Translations under genes and position numbers: made by a program
In this document: piece by piece, positions 1 to 12,511 of the stretch
Position numbering within the stretch: the first letter of the stretch is position 1
Layout: every line of letters starts with the position of its first letter
Assembly (NCBI GenBank): GCA_965287045.1
Contig: OZ336873.1
Location: 45,570,001-45,634,000, forward strand
Reading direction: 5' to 3'
Origin: Carcharhinus amblyrhynchos
Lineage: Eukaryota
Length of the DNA stretch: 64,000 nucleotides
Notes under the pieces: model-generated
Seen by the model: only the letters and a program-made list of their open reading frames with translations
Told to the model about the DNA's origin: nothing
The model's database searches: none

Positions 1-129
1 TATGTCAAGGAGGATATTTGGAGGAATGCCTTGTGCATTGTGGCTTTCTATAGTCATGTGACCTCTGATGTTATCATTTGTTAATAATGATTTTAGGGCA
101 GTAGCCATTTTACTCACCACATTGAATAT

Positions 130-265
130 GAACCAAAAAGCGAAAATGCTGGAAATACAGAGCTAATACATCACATCTGAAAAGGCATTCAGGTCCAGAT
201 CTTCGTCGGAATAGTCCTGAAGGTGAACCTACTGAAATGTTAATTCCACCATTTCACTTTTCAGA
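130..265. mobile_element. Degenerate Penelope-type palindromic element, family B
   Basis: aaaatgctggaaatac...cttcgtcgga...ctgaaggtgaacctactgaaatgttaa; resembles the cleaner copy at 50728-50945. Confidence 0.4.
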
Positions 266-299
266 TTAATGAGTTGCGCATTCGTAGGTTTAAAAAAGA

Positions 300-780
300 C
301 ATACATTGAGCTCCCACATTTACAGTTTTTCTTTTATCTTCCAACATCCTGTTTAGAGTAAAATTGAAACCCAATACTGCACCCAATATTTGAACAGAGG
401 TGTCACTAAAGTTTCAAATAGATTATTATTGCATCTTGGTCTTTATGTTCTTTCTATGCCTTGAATGACAACCAAAAATTCCATTAACTGTTTGAGAAAT
501 GTCCTCATCACCTTTCGGTTCTGCCTTTAACATTCTGTGAATCTGTACCATTAAATTCCTCGGTTCTTACAGTGCATTGAGTCTACCCAAGTTCAGAGTA
601 CAATTACATTTTGGCTTTTAAAAGAAGAGCATCAATCCACACTTACTGATACCCATCGATTTCCTTTAGTCGGGTCCTCATCATATCAATATCCCTTTGT
701 GACTTGCTTTGATATTCCAAAAATTAAGTCTAATTAGTTTGTTATAATCTATCACTCACTCTGAGTCTCCCTTTTGCGGA
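300..780 (-). mobile_element. Ancient, highly decayed CR1 ORF2 fragment
   Basis: Remnants such as ccaatactgcacccaatatt (reverse strand EYCVQ-like); no open frame. Confidence 0.4.
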
Positions 781-875
781 ATCACTGAATGACACAGTGC
801 AAAAGGAAATAAACCTTATGGCCCATTGTGCCTGTGCTGGCTCTTTGATAAAACTAACCAAATGCTTTGTTTCCA

Positions 876-1159
876 GCGGCATGGTGGCACAGTGGTTAGC
901 ATTGCTGCTTCACAGCATCAGGGACCAGTGTTCAATCCCCGGCTTGGGTCACAGTCTGTGTGGAGTTTGCACATTCTCCCCACGTCTGCTTGAGTTTCCT
1001 CAGGGTGCTCTGGTTTCGTTCCACATTCTGAAAAGACGTGCTAGATAGGTGCATTGACCTGAACAGGCACTGGCCTGTGGTGGCTAGGGAATTTCACAGT
1101 AACTTCATTGCAGTATTAATGCAAGCCTTACTTATGACTAATAAATAAACTCTAACTTT
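876..1159 (+). mobile_element. V-SINE (HE1-related tRNA head and V domain), tail type 2
   Basis: A-box ggtggcacagtggttagc, B-box gttcaatccc, gtgtggagtttgcacattctcccc, tail gtaacttcattgcagt...aataaataaact. Confidence 0.85.
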
Positions 1160-1334
1160 TCTCCCCCAGAGCCCTATATTCCTATTCCTTTTTGAAAGTT
1201 ACTACAGTGAAATTGCAATAAGTCAAACTCCAATGCATGAAATTCTGGTTTTGCCAGCAGAATAGCAAATCCCAGAAAATGGCGCTCATGAATAAACTGA
1301 GATTCCACACTGGTAACTCCAGATTAGCCAGATT

Positions 1335-2095
1335 TAAGAACATAAGAAATAGGAGCAGGAGTAGGCCATCTAGCCCTTCGAGCCTGCCCCGCTATTCAAT
1401 AAGATCATGGCTGATCTGTCGTGGCTCAGTTCCACATTCCCGCCCTCTCCCCATAACCCTTAATCCCCTCGCTTATCAAACACCCATCAACCTGCGTCTT
1501 AAAAATATTTAGCGAGGCAGCCTCCACCACCTCAACGGGCAGAGAATTCCAGAGATTCACCACCCTTTGAGTGAAGAAGTTCCTCCTCAACTCCGTTCTA
1601 AACCACCCCCCCTTTATCTTGAGGCTGTGCCCCCTAGTCCTACTATCCTTTCTGAGCGGGAAGAGTCTCTCCACCTCTATCCTATCCATCCCATTTATCA
1701 TCTTATACGTCTCAATGAGATCTCCTCTCATTCTTCTAAACTCTAACGAGTACAAGCCTAGTTTATTCAGCCTCTCCTCATAGCTCAACCCCCTCAACTC
1801 CGGTATCAGCCTAGTAAACCTCCTCTGCACTCCCTCTAAGGCCAAAATATCCTTGCGTAAGTACGGCGACCAAAACTGCACACAGTACTCCAGCTGCAGC
1901 CTCACTAATGCCCTATACAGCCGCAGTAAGACCTCCCTACTTTTATATTCAATCCCCCTCGCTATGAAGGCCAGCATCCCATTAGCCTTCCTGACCACCT
2001 GCTGCACCTGCAGGCTGGGTTTTTGCAACTCATGCACAAGGACCCTGAGGTCCCTCTGCGCCGTCGCCTGCTACAGTTTTTCGCCACGTAAGTAA
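1335..2095 (-). mobile_element. Young CR1 LINE (HER1-like), 5'-truncated; ORF2 C-terminus 1426-2037
   Basis: LEYCVQFWSPYLRKD...RRMRGDLIETYK...FFTQRVVNLWNSLP; TTCTTATG-type tail; interrupts the Tigger element. Confidence 0.97.
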
Positions 2096-2314
2096 TTGTC
2101 AAAGCTCGTAATATAAACATACCAAGCAATATGCAGAGTTAGACTAGAGTGTGAAATCATAGAATGCTGGACAAGCCAACAGTTAATATTGGTATTTTTC
2201 TGTGAAAGGATATGCAAAGCACAAGAGTATGGCTAAATCTGTGAGAAAGCAAAGTGTTGTCAATCAGCCAGAAGATAAAACTGATAAAACAAGTGAAAAA
2301 CTGGTACAAAAGCA

Positions 2315-3125
2315 GTGAGGGAATCCACCAGTGAGTTTATCCACTATTATGAAATACAAGACAAACATCTTGGGAGCAATTCAAAAAAGCTGGCATTCTC
2401 TCCAGCAAGGAAGAAAATGAGAATGGCTACCTGCTCCAACATTGAAGATACTCTGCTAATACGGTTTAAGGCAGCCCAAGCACAGAATGTTCTCTTTACC
2501 AGTCTGATCCAGCAGGAAAGAGGATTTGCCTTGCCAAAGAAGCTGGGCATCTTGGAGTTCACCTTAAGTGACAGATGGTTGCACCCATTAAAGACAAAGC
2601 TCCACACTGTCTTCTGTGCAGTGCTGCGGTCACAGCAGCTATGACAACTGACTGGCTCCAAAATGTTTTCACCCACATCTTGAACTGCTTTGTCATCTTT
2701 TGCCAAGATCACTCTTTGATGTTCAACGGTAAAGCATGTAAAGATGGAAAGCAGAGCAAAGAACAAGTCACTGCTATGGTCTGCACCAAAATGACTGACA
2801 AGAGCTCCCACTTCTGGTCATACAAAGCCCAATAAACCATGTTGCTTTGTGAATGTCAAGACACTACGCATTTAGAACAAGGCTAATAAAACTCCCTGGA
2901 AGACATCCAGCATTTTTGAGGTGTGCATCAGGAAAATGGACTGAATGCACCAGTGAAAGAAAAGGAAGATCGTCATTACTGATGCGCTGCACACCTGAAA
3001 TCAACGACATCGAGTTAAAGGTCTTCCAACAGTACAGCCAAGTTTCAGCCAATGGATCAAGAGGTGATTAGGAATCTGAAAACCAACTATCAATGCCAGC
3101 TCATCTTTCAGGTTATTGAGATCAT
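2315..3125 (+). pseudogene. Tigger-type transposase pseudogene (CENP-B HTH and DDE_1), frameshifted
   Basis: RKKMRMATCSNIEDTLLIRFKAAQAQNV...LSDRWLHPLK (CENP-B HTH-like); GKQSKEQVTAMVC; NSTAKFQPMDQEVIRNLKTNY (DDE_1 QPxDQGxI-like motif). Confidence 0.85.
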
Positions 3126-3137
3126 CGATAAGATATG

Positions 3138-3440
3138 GGAAGGCAGTGGCACTGTCACTGAACTAGTAATCCAGAAGTCCAGAACAAGATCTGTCTCTGG
3201 GTTCAAATCCCACCAAGGCAGATGGTAAAATCTGAATTTAATAAAAGAATCTGGAATTAAAAGTTTAATGGTGATCATGAAACCATTGTTGATTGCTCTT
3301 TAGGAAGAAAATCTACATGTGACTGCAGACCCACAGCAATATGGTTGATTCTTAAATGCCTTCTGAAATGGAGGGCAGTTGACAAACAATAAATGCTGGC
3401 CCAGCCAGCAATGCTCACATCCGTAAAATGAATTTTAAAA
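3138..3440 (+). mobile_element. Shark tRNA-derived SINE with LINE-derived tail, inserted in Tigger transposase
   Basis: gtcactgaactagtaatccag...gggttcaaatcccacc...aataaatgctggcccagccagc; several copies in window. Confidence 0.8.
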
Positions 3441-4046
3441 AGGCAGGAGCACAATCCAACTGTTCTAGAGACCATGTTCACGACAAAGAAGACATGGAAG
3501 ATAGCAACAGAAGCCATAATCGCCAACTGTTGCCACCATGCTACATCAAACAGGTTACAACTATACAAATTGTGGAGAATGAGGAGGAGCAGGGCAAGGC
3601 CAACCAATTCCATAACTGGGCACTTTGCGCTCACCTGCAGGAGACTGGCATGGAAATTTCAGCACAAACAACCATGGAAAGTTGAGAAAGTGGATGGTAC
3701 TGTACAATGCACTATGGAACAGATGATGCCATTGTAAATTCTTCAAATGAGGAGCCCGAGGAAGCTGATGACACTAAGGAGTTTAATGAATGCTTGCCAG
3801 TTTCCCTAGCCTTCACACAAACAGCTCCAGGATGCACTGTGGCTCAAAAATTTGACTGCACTGATGACACATTGGACTGTATCACATACAACTGAAGATG
3901 GCTAAGCCAAAGAGGTTTATTGGGATTTCCCGTGGTTAACTCCCAATTCTCCAAAGCAAAACTCTGGCCTTAACAAGTCCAGGTCATTGTAAGTCATAAA
4001 GATTTTTTCACATATTTACTGTTTTATTCTATTTTCATCTCATTTG

Positions 4047-4405
4047 GGAAAGCAGTGGCATAGTGGCACTGTCACCGGACTAGTTATCCAGATACCTAAC
4101 GTAAATGATCTAGGGGCCCAGGTTCATATTCCACCATGGCAGATGGTGAAATTTTAAATCACTAAAAATCAGGAATTAAAAGTCAAATAATGATCATGAA
4201 ACCATTGTCTATTGCTGCAAAAATGCATTTGGGTCTCTAATGTCCTTTCGGAAAGGAAATCTGTCACCCTTACCTGATCTGGCCTGCCTGTAGATCCATA
4301 GCAATGCAGTTGACTCTTAAGTGCCCTCAGTTCAAGGTCATTAGGGATGGGCAATAAATGCTGGACCAGCCAGTGAGGCCCACATCCTGAGCGAATGAAA
4401 AAAAA
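4047..4405 (+). mobile_element. Shark tRNA-derived SINE (same family as 3138)
   Basis: gtggcatagtggcactgtcaccggactag...ggttcatattccacc...gggatgggcaataaatgctgg. Confidence 0.85.
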
Positions 4406-6886
4406 TTTGAATGTGTTGTTTTTGACAGAGGCCACAATTGTAGGCATATCGAGTTACCTCTGATAATGACGTAAATCAATGAGCAGAAGTGGTTCCAGAC
4501 TTCAAATGAAAGTAAAATACTGCGGATGCTGGAAATGGTGCCATATCAAATGCTTTCTGCATGTCCAAATACATGAATCACTTATCATGTTACATCCTCA
4601 AAGTATGGTAATTGTCAAGTACAATTGTTTCTTTTTAAAATTTATGCCAGCTACTTCTAAAGCTTTCCTCTTTATCTAACTATATGATAACATCACCCTT
4701 AATTAAATACTCTTAAAATTTCACTGCTACAGGTGTTGAACTAATCGGCAGCTAATTAGCTGGATTAGATTGATTTCACCACTTAAAAACGAGTAACTAC
4801 ATTAGCCTTTCCAATCCTCCAACACGTATTTTCTAAAATAATTGACAAGGGTCTCTGCAAACCCCTCCAGCAGGATCCCTTGGGGCTTGGCGCTTTGTCA
4901 TCTTTCAGCTTAGCGAGTTTATCTAAAATTCTCATTATACAGCTTAATATTGCTTTGCAGTTCTACGGTGGGAGTAGAGGTTCATGATATGAGGCAGGGT
5001 GCGCAAGAGGGAATGCATGTACAAGAGGGAATGCATCCTCTTGCTGAAAGCTAGGCGGTCTTCAAGGCAAACTTTGCATTCTTGATAACAGGCCTAGCAG
5101 ACAGGGAAGTAAATTCAAAGGTACAGTAACACTGGTCTTAGTCTTTCTAATAACCTGAATTAGCTTCCACATTGTTGGATTGCAAGATAGGATCAGAAAG
5201 TCTACATGTGGATCTATTTAACCACACCTTCACCTGGCTTTATCCAACAAGGTGAGGAGAATGTGAAAAGCTTTCTGGGCTTTTCACCTTGTCCGTAATA
5301 CTGTGCTCTGGTGCACCCATTCAAAGAGATCATTTCACCATCCTCCAACCTAAATTAGAGCTGTTTCTGTGCTTCTTACCTCCATTTTAGGTCATTTGAT
5401 CAGTTTACTCTGCCCTCAAGGCCCATTTAGTTTCATCATATTTACTGCTTCTTAGCTACAGCACAAGTGTTCAATACAAATCCTTCAACGCACTAACAAC
5501 GCAACAAGTTGACAGACAAATTGGGAATGCTGGGCTGCCAACAGTAGCAGATTCCTGATGGCAGTGATGTGGATGTTGAACAAACCTGGAGATTAGCTTG
5601 GTTCAAGAGAACAATATGTTCTACTTCACAACCACAGACTCTAGACAACTGCAGTTGCTTCACAAAGAATTAATCTAACCCAAAGGATGTGTCGCATGGA
5701 TTTATTTGAATATAGTGAAAAATCCTCTACGTATGGAGTGCAGGGACCACCAAATATCCACAACTTCAAAGGTATTTTCAATTCCTTGGCTGAATCATGT
5801 CACTTTTCCATGATTCTTTGCATCTGCCACAAGCCTGGCTTGTGGTTCAGCATGCAATTCAAACTTCCATCCATTTTTAGAAAGGCCAGTGGCAACTGCT
5901 ATGGGGAACACAGTAAAGTTGCTATTCTAAGGTTTTAATGCTGCAATCCTGCCCGTTGATCTGCGTTGAATGGAACAACTGTCTTTTGGGATGGTCATCT
6001 CCAAAGTGAAGAGATAGTGTGTGTTCATTAAGATTGACATACTTTTGTTCTTTGACAGTGGCAGGATTGCCATGACTTAGCTCCAACAGCAGCCTCATCA
6101 GTTCTGCATATTCCAGTAAGGAGAAATGGATTTGCAGCATGATTGTCACTGTCAGGTTGTCCTTTAAGTTACAGTTACATATTTTTTCCAATCCCTTTAT
6201 CATCCTCTTTCTGCCTCAGAGGCCATCCTCGAGATGCCCCTACGCACGATCAGCTTTTTCTTCTGATGCAGTTACATAAGCAGATTTCAAACCTTCTTAT
6301 TCTGGGAGTATTGCTTGTTAGTGTGTTCTCAACTCAATTCCTATACTGTAATGCAACCAATTCGCCCTTAATTTACATCCATCTTAATGTATGGGTAACA
6401 AAGTATCTTGAATCCACACAATTACACAGAAGAGTTGAACATTAAAAATGGTACTCAATCATTACTGCATTCAATTATTGCCCTTGACATGGGGATACCT
6501 AGAGACAGGTTCCAGAGTTTTGAACAATTATGCAGTGTGCCCACACCAGCCAATAACCATGTTTTTCATTAATAAGGCTACAGTAGAAAACAAAATAAAA
6601 AGACAAATATTTACTTTTAAGAAAATTGTCTTATCTAGCAAATTCCACTGAATGAGAATAATGTTACTTTTCTATCCTAGTTCAACTAGCAAACTGACCC
6701 ATTGCTCCAACATGCAGTGCACTTGGCTGTATTCAAACAAACATCCTGCTCTAATCACCTTTCTTATGCAACAACTGAGGTGTGGAAACTCCAAAATATT
6801 TACTAAATGGTAGAGAGATGCAGTTTGACCTTGCTCATATCCCTGCACTCCAGAGAGGGCACAAAAGATAAACACTGTCAGGTTAC

Positions 6887-6935
6887 CTTGTGCTTTGCAA
6901 TTTGCCTGCAAGCAGATGAACTCGGAGTTGTGACT
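6887..6935 (-). other. Candidate 49-nt host exon
   Basis: Minus strand: gttaac branch-like motif, long pyrimidine tract ttgttctttctctcccactccacctttgctgctAG, donor AAG|GTAACC; all three frames open; unique sequence. Confidence 0.45.
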
Positions 6936-8559
6936 CTAGCAGCAAAGGTGGAGTGGGAGAGAAAGAACAAGCACGTTAACATCAGCATAAGGGAGGCAAT
7001 GTTTTGACCCAGGTCTACATTAGCCTGTTATGAGGAGAAACATATTCACAGGGAGAATATAGGGCCAGAATATTGAATTCCAGGGAAAATAAAATCACTG
7101 TGGTTGTGAGGAAGGAATCTGCTGACAGGTCATGCTGAGATGCACAGCTGAAGCGAAGGAGTAAATACTGCATCTCAGATTTCAATTATTCTCCATTTCA
7201 GTTAAATGATTACTGGGTAGAAAAGGTTTAAAAAGGTCAGGTAATGGGAAGAGATTAGAATAGACAACAAATCACAGGAAATAATTATTGATGGATGTTG
7301 CTGAAGAGATTCAAGGAGGGATTGAAAGTAGGAAATGCAGATCAAGAATTTGAGTGAGTTGGTCGTCCAGTAGTAATACTCATTAGTTAGACCTTTCCTC
7401 TTCCCATTCAGCTGAAAAACATTGTGCTGTAAATTGTTGTAAGTGCAAACCGAAAACAGCGTGGAAACAGTCTCTCTTCTTAAACTCTAAGATTGAGGGT
7501 AAAAAAGTAGAAATAAACAGAGGAAAAGAGAAAATGGGATTAAGGAACTGAAGTGGTATAAAAAACAGTGGAAAATTTCATACATTTTAAAAATCTTTAA
7601 GAGCAATTTACTACATGCAAGAATGAAACCCTAAACTGGGCTTTAATAAGTCCCTTTCTGGATTGGATAGGTTAACTGACCAATATAAATATCATCTCTG
7701 CAGTTTAATACATATTTTCTACCCAATGTATATTTCTTAAACTTCACAATCTCTTCCCGGCTCAAATCTGTGCATCATTTACACACTAATAATGCCAATG
7801 CATTAAATTCATTTTTTCATCAAATTCTGGATCAATATTTTTACTGGTGTACTATACTGGTGTGGAATTTGAAAAAAATCAACATGTTTGTGTAAGGGAA
7901 GTATTCCTCTTCTGAGCCGCCAACAAGAAAATTGATGGCTTTTACTCCAAACTTACATCCGCATTTCTTTTGCTTTGAAGTCATAAGGCAGATTGTTAGC
8001 TGCTCTTTTTCTTATGTAACTTACCCCTGTGTCCAGGGAACCACCTGGCTTATTTTTAAGGATTCAGCTGCAATGGAGGCAGCAGCAGTTTATGGAGAAT
8101 AGGAAATGGATCCTACAGCTCACTCAGCTCAAGGCACTTGCAATGGTTTTCAACAATCATTCTTTGTATGGATGGTTCTCTTTTTGACAAACTAGGCAAG
8201 TAACTGGCCTGGGAAGTGTCATGATAGGAATATAGGAGCAGGAGTAGGCCATTTAGCCCATTGAGCCTGCTCCATCATTCTAACAGACCACGAATGAGCA
8301 ACTACATCTATGCCATTTTCCATATCACATGAATGCTGTTATCGATCAACAGATATCTGGGGCTGTTCCATTCAGCTACATCTGAATGGAAGGCTATGCT
8401 AGAATATCAGCCATAGCTCCCGATTCACATTTTCATGCTTCCCAATTCCCAGTGCAATTACCCAAGGGCTGATTTTCTTTCCCATTTTACCATCAAAGTC
8501 CAAAAGGTTACCATGGACCAGAAGTGGGCTAGCCACATCACTATGGTGTCTTCAAGAGT

Positions 8560-9003
8560 AGAGGCAGGGTACTCTGCAATGAATGTTGACTGCCTTGACA
8601 ATCAAAGTCTATCCACCATCTACAATAGTCGAGAATGTGATGACTCTTTGCCTCTCCCCTGAATGGGTACAGTAGCAACACTCAAGAAGGAGCACCAACC
8701 AGAATCTAGGATAAAGTGGCTTACTTGATTCAACCCCTACCACAATAACAGTATATATTACAGGATGCAGTGTAGCAACATCACTTTTTCTGTTCTGTCT
8801 ACCATAAGACTAACAAAAGCAGCAGTCATGTCACCATCACCTCAACCTCTCTCCAAGTCATACATTACCCAAACCAAGATGTCATTGCTGGCTCAATATT
8901 TTGGTACTCCTGACCAAACTTCATTTTATGAATACCTTCACCAAAAGAACTGTAGCTCAAAAAGGCCCAACTACCATCTCAGGACAACTAAGGATGAGCA
9001 ACA
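8560..9003 (+). mobile_element. Old LINE 3' fragment (CR1/L2 group) sharing its tail with the tRNA-SINE
   Basis: tccaccatctacaa...ctcaagaagg...caccatctcaggacaactaaggatgagcaacaaa; interrupted by young CR1. Confidence 0.55.
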
Positions 9004-9004
9004 A

Positions 9005-10206
9005 ATAAGAACATAAGAAATAGGAGCAGGAGTAGGCCATCTAGCCCTTCGAGCCTGCCCCGCCATTCAATAAGATCATGGCTGATCTGTCGTGGCTCAG
9101 TTCCACTTTCCCGCCCTCTCCCCATAACCCTTAATCCCCTCTCTTATCAAGAACCCATCAACCCGCTTCTTAAAAATATTTAGCGAGGCAGCCTCCACCA
9201 CTTCAACAGGCAGAGAATTCCAGAGATTCACCACCCTTTGAGTGAAGAAGTTCCTCCTCAACTCCGTTCTAAACCGCCTCCCCTTTATCTTGAGGCTGTG
9301 CCCCCTAGTCCTACTGTCTTTTTTGAGCGGGAAGAGTCTCTCCACCTCTATCCTATCCATCCCATTCATCATCTTATACGTCTCAATGAGATCTCCCCTC
9401 ATTCTTCTAAACTCTAACGAGTACAAGCCTAGTTTATTCAGCCTCTCCTCATAGCTCAATCCCCTCAACTCCGGTATCAGCCTAGTAAACCTCCTCTGCA
9501 CTCCCTCCAGGGCCAAAATATCCTTGCGCAGGTGCGGCGCCCAAAACTGCACACAGTACTCCAGCTGCGGCCTCACCAATGCCCTATACAGCTGCAGCAA
9601 GACCTCCCTACTTTTATATTCAATCCCCCTCGCTATGAAGGCCAGCATCCCATTCGCCTTCCTGACCACCTGCTGCACCTGCAAGCTGGGTTTTTGCGAC
9701 TCATGCACAAGGACCCCGAGGTCCCTCTGCACCGTCGCCTGCTGCAGTTTTTCGCCACGTAAGTAATAGTCCTTCCTACCATTCTTCCTACCAAAGTGGA
9801 CCACCTCACACTTGCCAACATTAAATTCCATTTGCCATTTCCTGGCCCATTCGCCCAGCCTATCTAGATCCTTCTGCAGACTCTCCACACCCTCCGCACA
9901 ATTTGCCTTTCCCCCAATCTTGGTGTCATCAGCAAATTTCGACACCCTGCACTCGGTTCCCTCCTCCAGATCATCTATATAAATGGTAAATAGCTGAGGC
10001 CCCAGCACCGACCCCTGGGGCACTCCACTAGTCACCAACCGCCAATCCGAATAGCACCCATTGACCCCCACTCTCTGCCTCCTATTTGACAACCAATCCT
10101 CCATCCACGCTAACACCCTACCCCCAACTCCATGTCCCCTGACCTTCTGCAATAACCTCTTGTGAGGTACCTTGTCAAACGCCTTCTGAAAATCCAGAAA
10201 GACCAC
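9005..10206 (-). mobile_element. Young CR1 LINE, 5'-truncated
   Basis: Near-identical to 27943-29565; taagaacataagaa tail on + strand. Confidence 0.98.
9097..10206 (-). CDS. CR1 ORF2 fragment: reverse transcriptase core and C-terminus, uninterrupted
   Basis: LDFQKAFDKVPH, GVPQGSVLGP, KFADD motifs; 369 aa open; truncated copy, no true start. Confidence 0.9.
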   Translation of the reverse strand: MVFLDFQKAFDKVPHKRLLQKVRGHGVGGRVLAWMEDWLSNRRQRVGVNGCYSDWRLVTSGVPQGSVLGPQLFTIYIDDLEEGTECRVSKFADDTKIGGKANCAEGVESLQKDLDRLGEWARKWQMEFNVGKCEVVHFGRKNGRKDYYLRGEKLQQATVQRDLGVLVHESQKPSLQVQQVVRKANGMLAFIARGIEYKSREVLLQLYRALVRPQLEYCVQFWAPHLRKDILALEGVQRRFTRLIPELRGLSYEERLNKLGLYSLEFRRMRGDLIETYKMMNGMDRIEVERLFPLKKDSRTRGHSLKIKGRRFRTELRRNFFTQRVVNLWNSLPVEVVEAASLNIFKKRVDGFLIREGIKGYGERAGKWN

Positions 10207-11022
10207 TGACTAATTAGCATCACTCTTGTCTTGAGAATATTTTGAAATCTCCTGTCCTCTGGATAATAATCAAAAACAGCAAATACCAAAAGAATTGCAT
10301 GATAAACATATCCACATTTAGTGCTCTATATACTCAACCGCGAGTTAAAATGGTCTAATGCTCATCAGCAACAAACAGAAAAACATTGAAGAAGTTGGTT
10401 AATATTTTTAGCAACAGTTGTTCTTCCTGTTTTTTTCGTATTTTAAGGCTATACCAGCCACAAAGATATGACTGGGTGCCATGTTACTAGAAGTTATGAG
10501 AGACTAGCACAGTTACACTTGTGTAGTTGCCCGATAGATTCTGACCTGGAAAAGACAGACTAAATGAATTGATGGGGTGATACAACGGTTCTCAGGCAGG
10601 AGCTGAGGGGAGATCATATTTAAAAAGTAATGGGGAATATTTGCAAAACAGTGGTAAAGTAACAAATTTAATATATCTGACTAATGAGGAAAAAAATGTT
10701 TTTCTTATCCCTTCATCTCTTATAAGATTCACTTTCACGCCTTATTTCAACCTCAAGTTTAAATTGTAGTGACTGTTAGATTCAGATCTGAGCAACACCA
10801 TCTATTAGTTAGACTGAGGAACCTAACTATATAGTACCTGGGTACTCCACACACAATTGTTTTGCCTCACAAGTTTAAATAAAATAGCCAAGGTTGTTCC
10901 CACTGTTGAGAATATAAAACTACTTGCCAACATAATCAATGTAAAATACCAGTATCCAAAGTGGCACGTAAAGGTCTAAATGAAAATGTTATTTCAATAT
11001 TCGAATATTGAATATTGAATAT

Positions 11023-11683
11023 GCGAATGGGATGCTGGCCTTCATAGCAAAGGGGATTGAATATAAAAGTAGGGAGGTCTTGCTGCAGCTGTATAGGGCA
11101 TTGGTGAGGCCGCAACTGGAGTACTGTGTGCATTTTTGGGCGCCGCACCTGCGCAAAGATATTTTGGCCTTGGAGGGAGTGCAGAGGAGGTTTACTAGGC
11201 TGATACCGGAGTTGAGGGGGTTGAGCTATGAGGAGAGGCTGAATAAACTGGGCTTGTACTCGTTAGAGTTTAGAAGAATGAGAGGAGATCTCATTGAGAC
11301 GTATAAGATGATGAATGGGATGGATAGGATAGAGGTGGAAAGACTCTTCCCGCTCAAAAAAGACAATAGGACTAGGGGGCACAGCCTCAAGATAAAAGGG
11401 GGACGGTTTAGAACGGAGTTGAGGAGGAACTTCTTCACTCAAAGGGTGGTGAATCTCTGGAATTCTCTGCCCGTTGAAGTGGTGGAGGCTGCCTCGCTAA
11501 ATATTTTTAAGACGCGGGTTGATGGGTTTTTGATAGGAGAGGGGATTAAGGGTTATGGGGAGAGGGCGGGAAAGTGGAACTGAGCAGTGACAGATCAGCC
11601 ATGATCTTATTGAATGGTGGGGCAGGCTCGAAGGGCTGGATGGCCTACTCCTGCTCCTATTTCTTATGTTCTTATGTTCTTAT
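11023..11683 (+). mobile_element. Young CR1 LINE, 5'-truncated
   Basis: ORF 11008-11583; (TTCTTATG)n tail; TATTC at 10998-11002 and 11681-11685 as short TSD. Confidence 0.97.
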
Positions 11684-12162
11684 TCTACAATCTATTTAAA
11701 ATGAAACATACATTTAAGATCAATTCCAAATGACTTTCTTTGAGGTGACAGCAGGAAGAAAAGGAAAGGAAGTTAAATTTATATCTTTAAAACTCCTCAG
11801 TGTTGATGCTTTAAGGATAAAAGTATGAACTGAATGACCCAAACAGGCAAATTAAAGGAATTATGCTCCCAACTAGAAAAGTAAAAGCACTAAATTTTTG
11901 AATGAATATCACAATTGAGTATCTGTTTTAATGTACGGGTATGGTGCAATGCAGCCTCTTAATGACAATGCCCCTTGAGACAATCCCTACCCTATTCCAT
12001 GGTGCAGAATGCTAGATACGGCCAATTTGCAGATAAAACCCAATTTGGACAAACTGAATCTTGTACGAGGACAAAGGGTCACAGAAAGTACACATGCAAG
12101 TGGCTTTGGATCTAACTCAATTACATCCAATCTTTTGTACTGGTCCAGCTAATCCTGCTCAT

Positions 12163-12511
12163 TTTTTTCATTCTTTCATGGGATGTGGTTGATAGGGTCA
12201 AGGCCAGTGTTTACAGTCTATCCCCAACTGCCCTTGACCAGACTGACTTTCCACATCATTTCGGAAGGCAGTCAAGAGTCAAGCACATTGCTCTGGATCT
12301 GGAGTCACATGTAGAAAATATAATGCAATACTGGCATATTTCTTTCAGGTTTTTATAACAATCGACAATGGTTTTATGGTCGCTATTACGGAGATTAACC
12401 TTTCAATATCTGATTATCACCTGAATTCAAACTCACCAATTGCCATGGAGTTTAGCTTGAGCATCTGGATTACTAGTTGACTGACATTGCTGCTATACCA
12501 CCAACTCCCCC
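12163..12511 (-). mobile_element. Shark tRNA-derived SINE, decayed
   Basis: Reverse complement of the 4047 family: tttcatgggatgtgg...ctggattactag...taccacc. Confidence 0.7.

Larger units (their letters stand above)
1205..4726 (+). mobile_element. Tigger/pogo (Tc1-mariner superfamily) DNA transposon, decayed, with nested CR1 and SINEs
   Basis: TA|CAGTGAAATTGCAATAAGTCAAACT at 1203-1229; AATTTCACTG at 4717-4726 as probable right TIR; internal transposase remnants; homologous to 23909-25154. Confidence 0.7.

Noticed and set aside
876-945. tRNA genes at A/B-box motifs
   Set aside because: All are SINE heads continuing into SINE bodies; no complete cloverleaf
7060-7980. Possible old Harbinger-type element (also about 31905-32200 and 53360-53560)
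   Set aside because: Termini too degenerate to support boundaries
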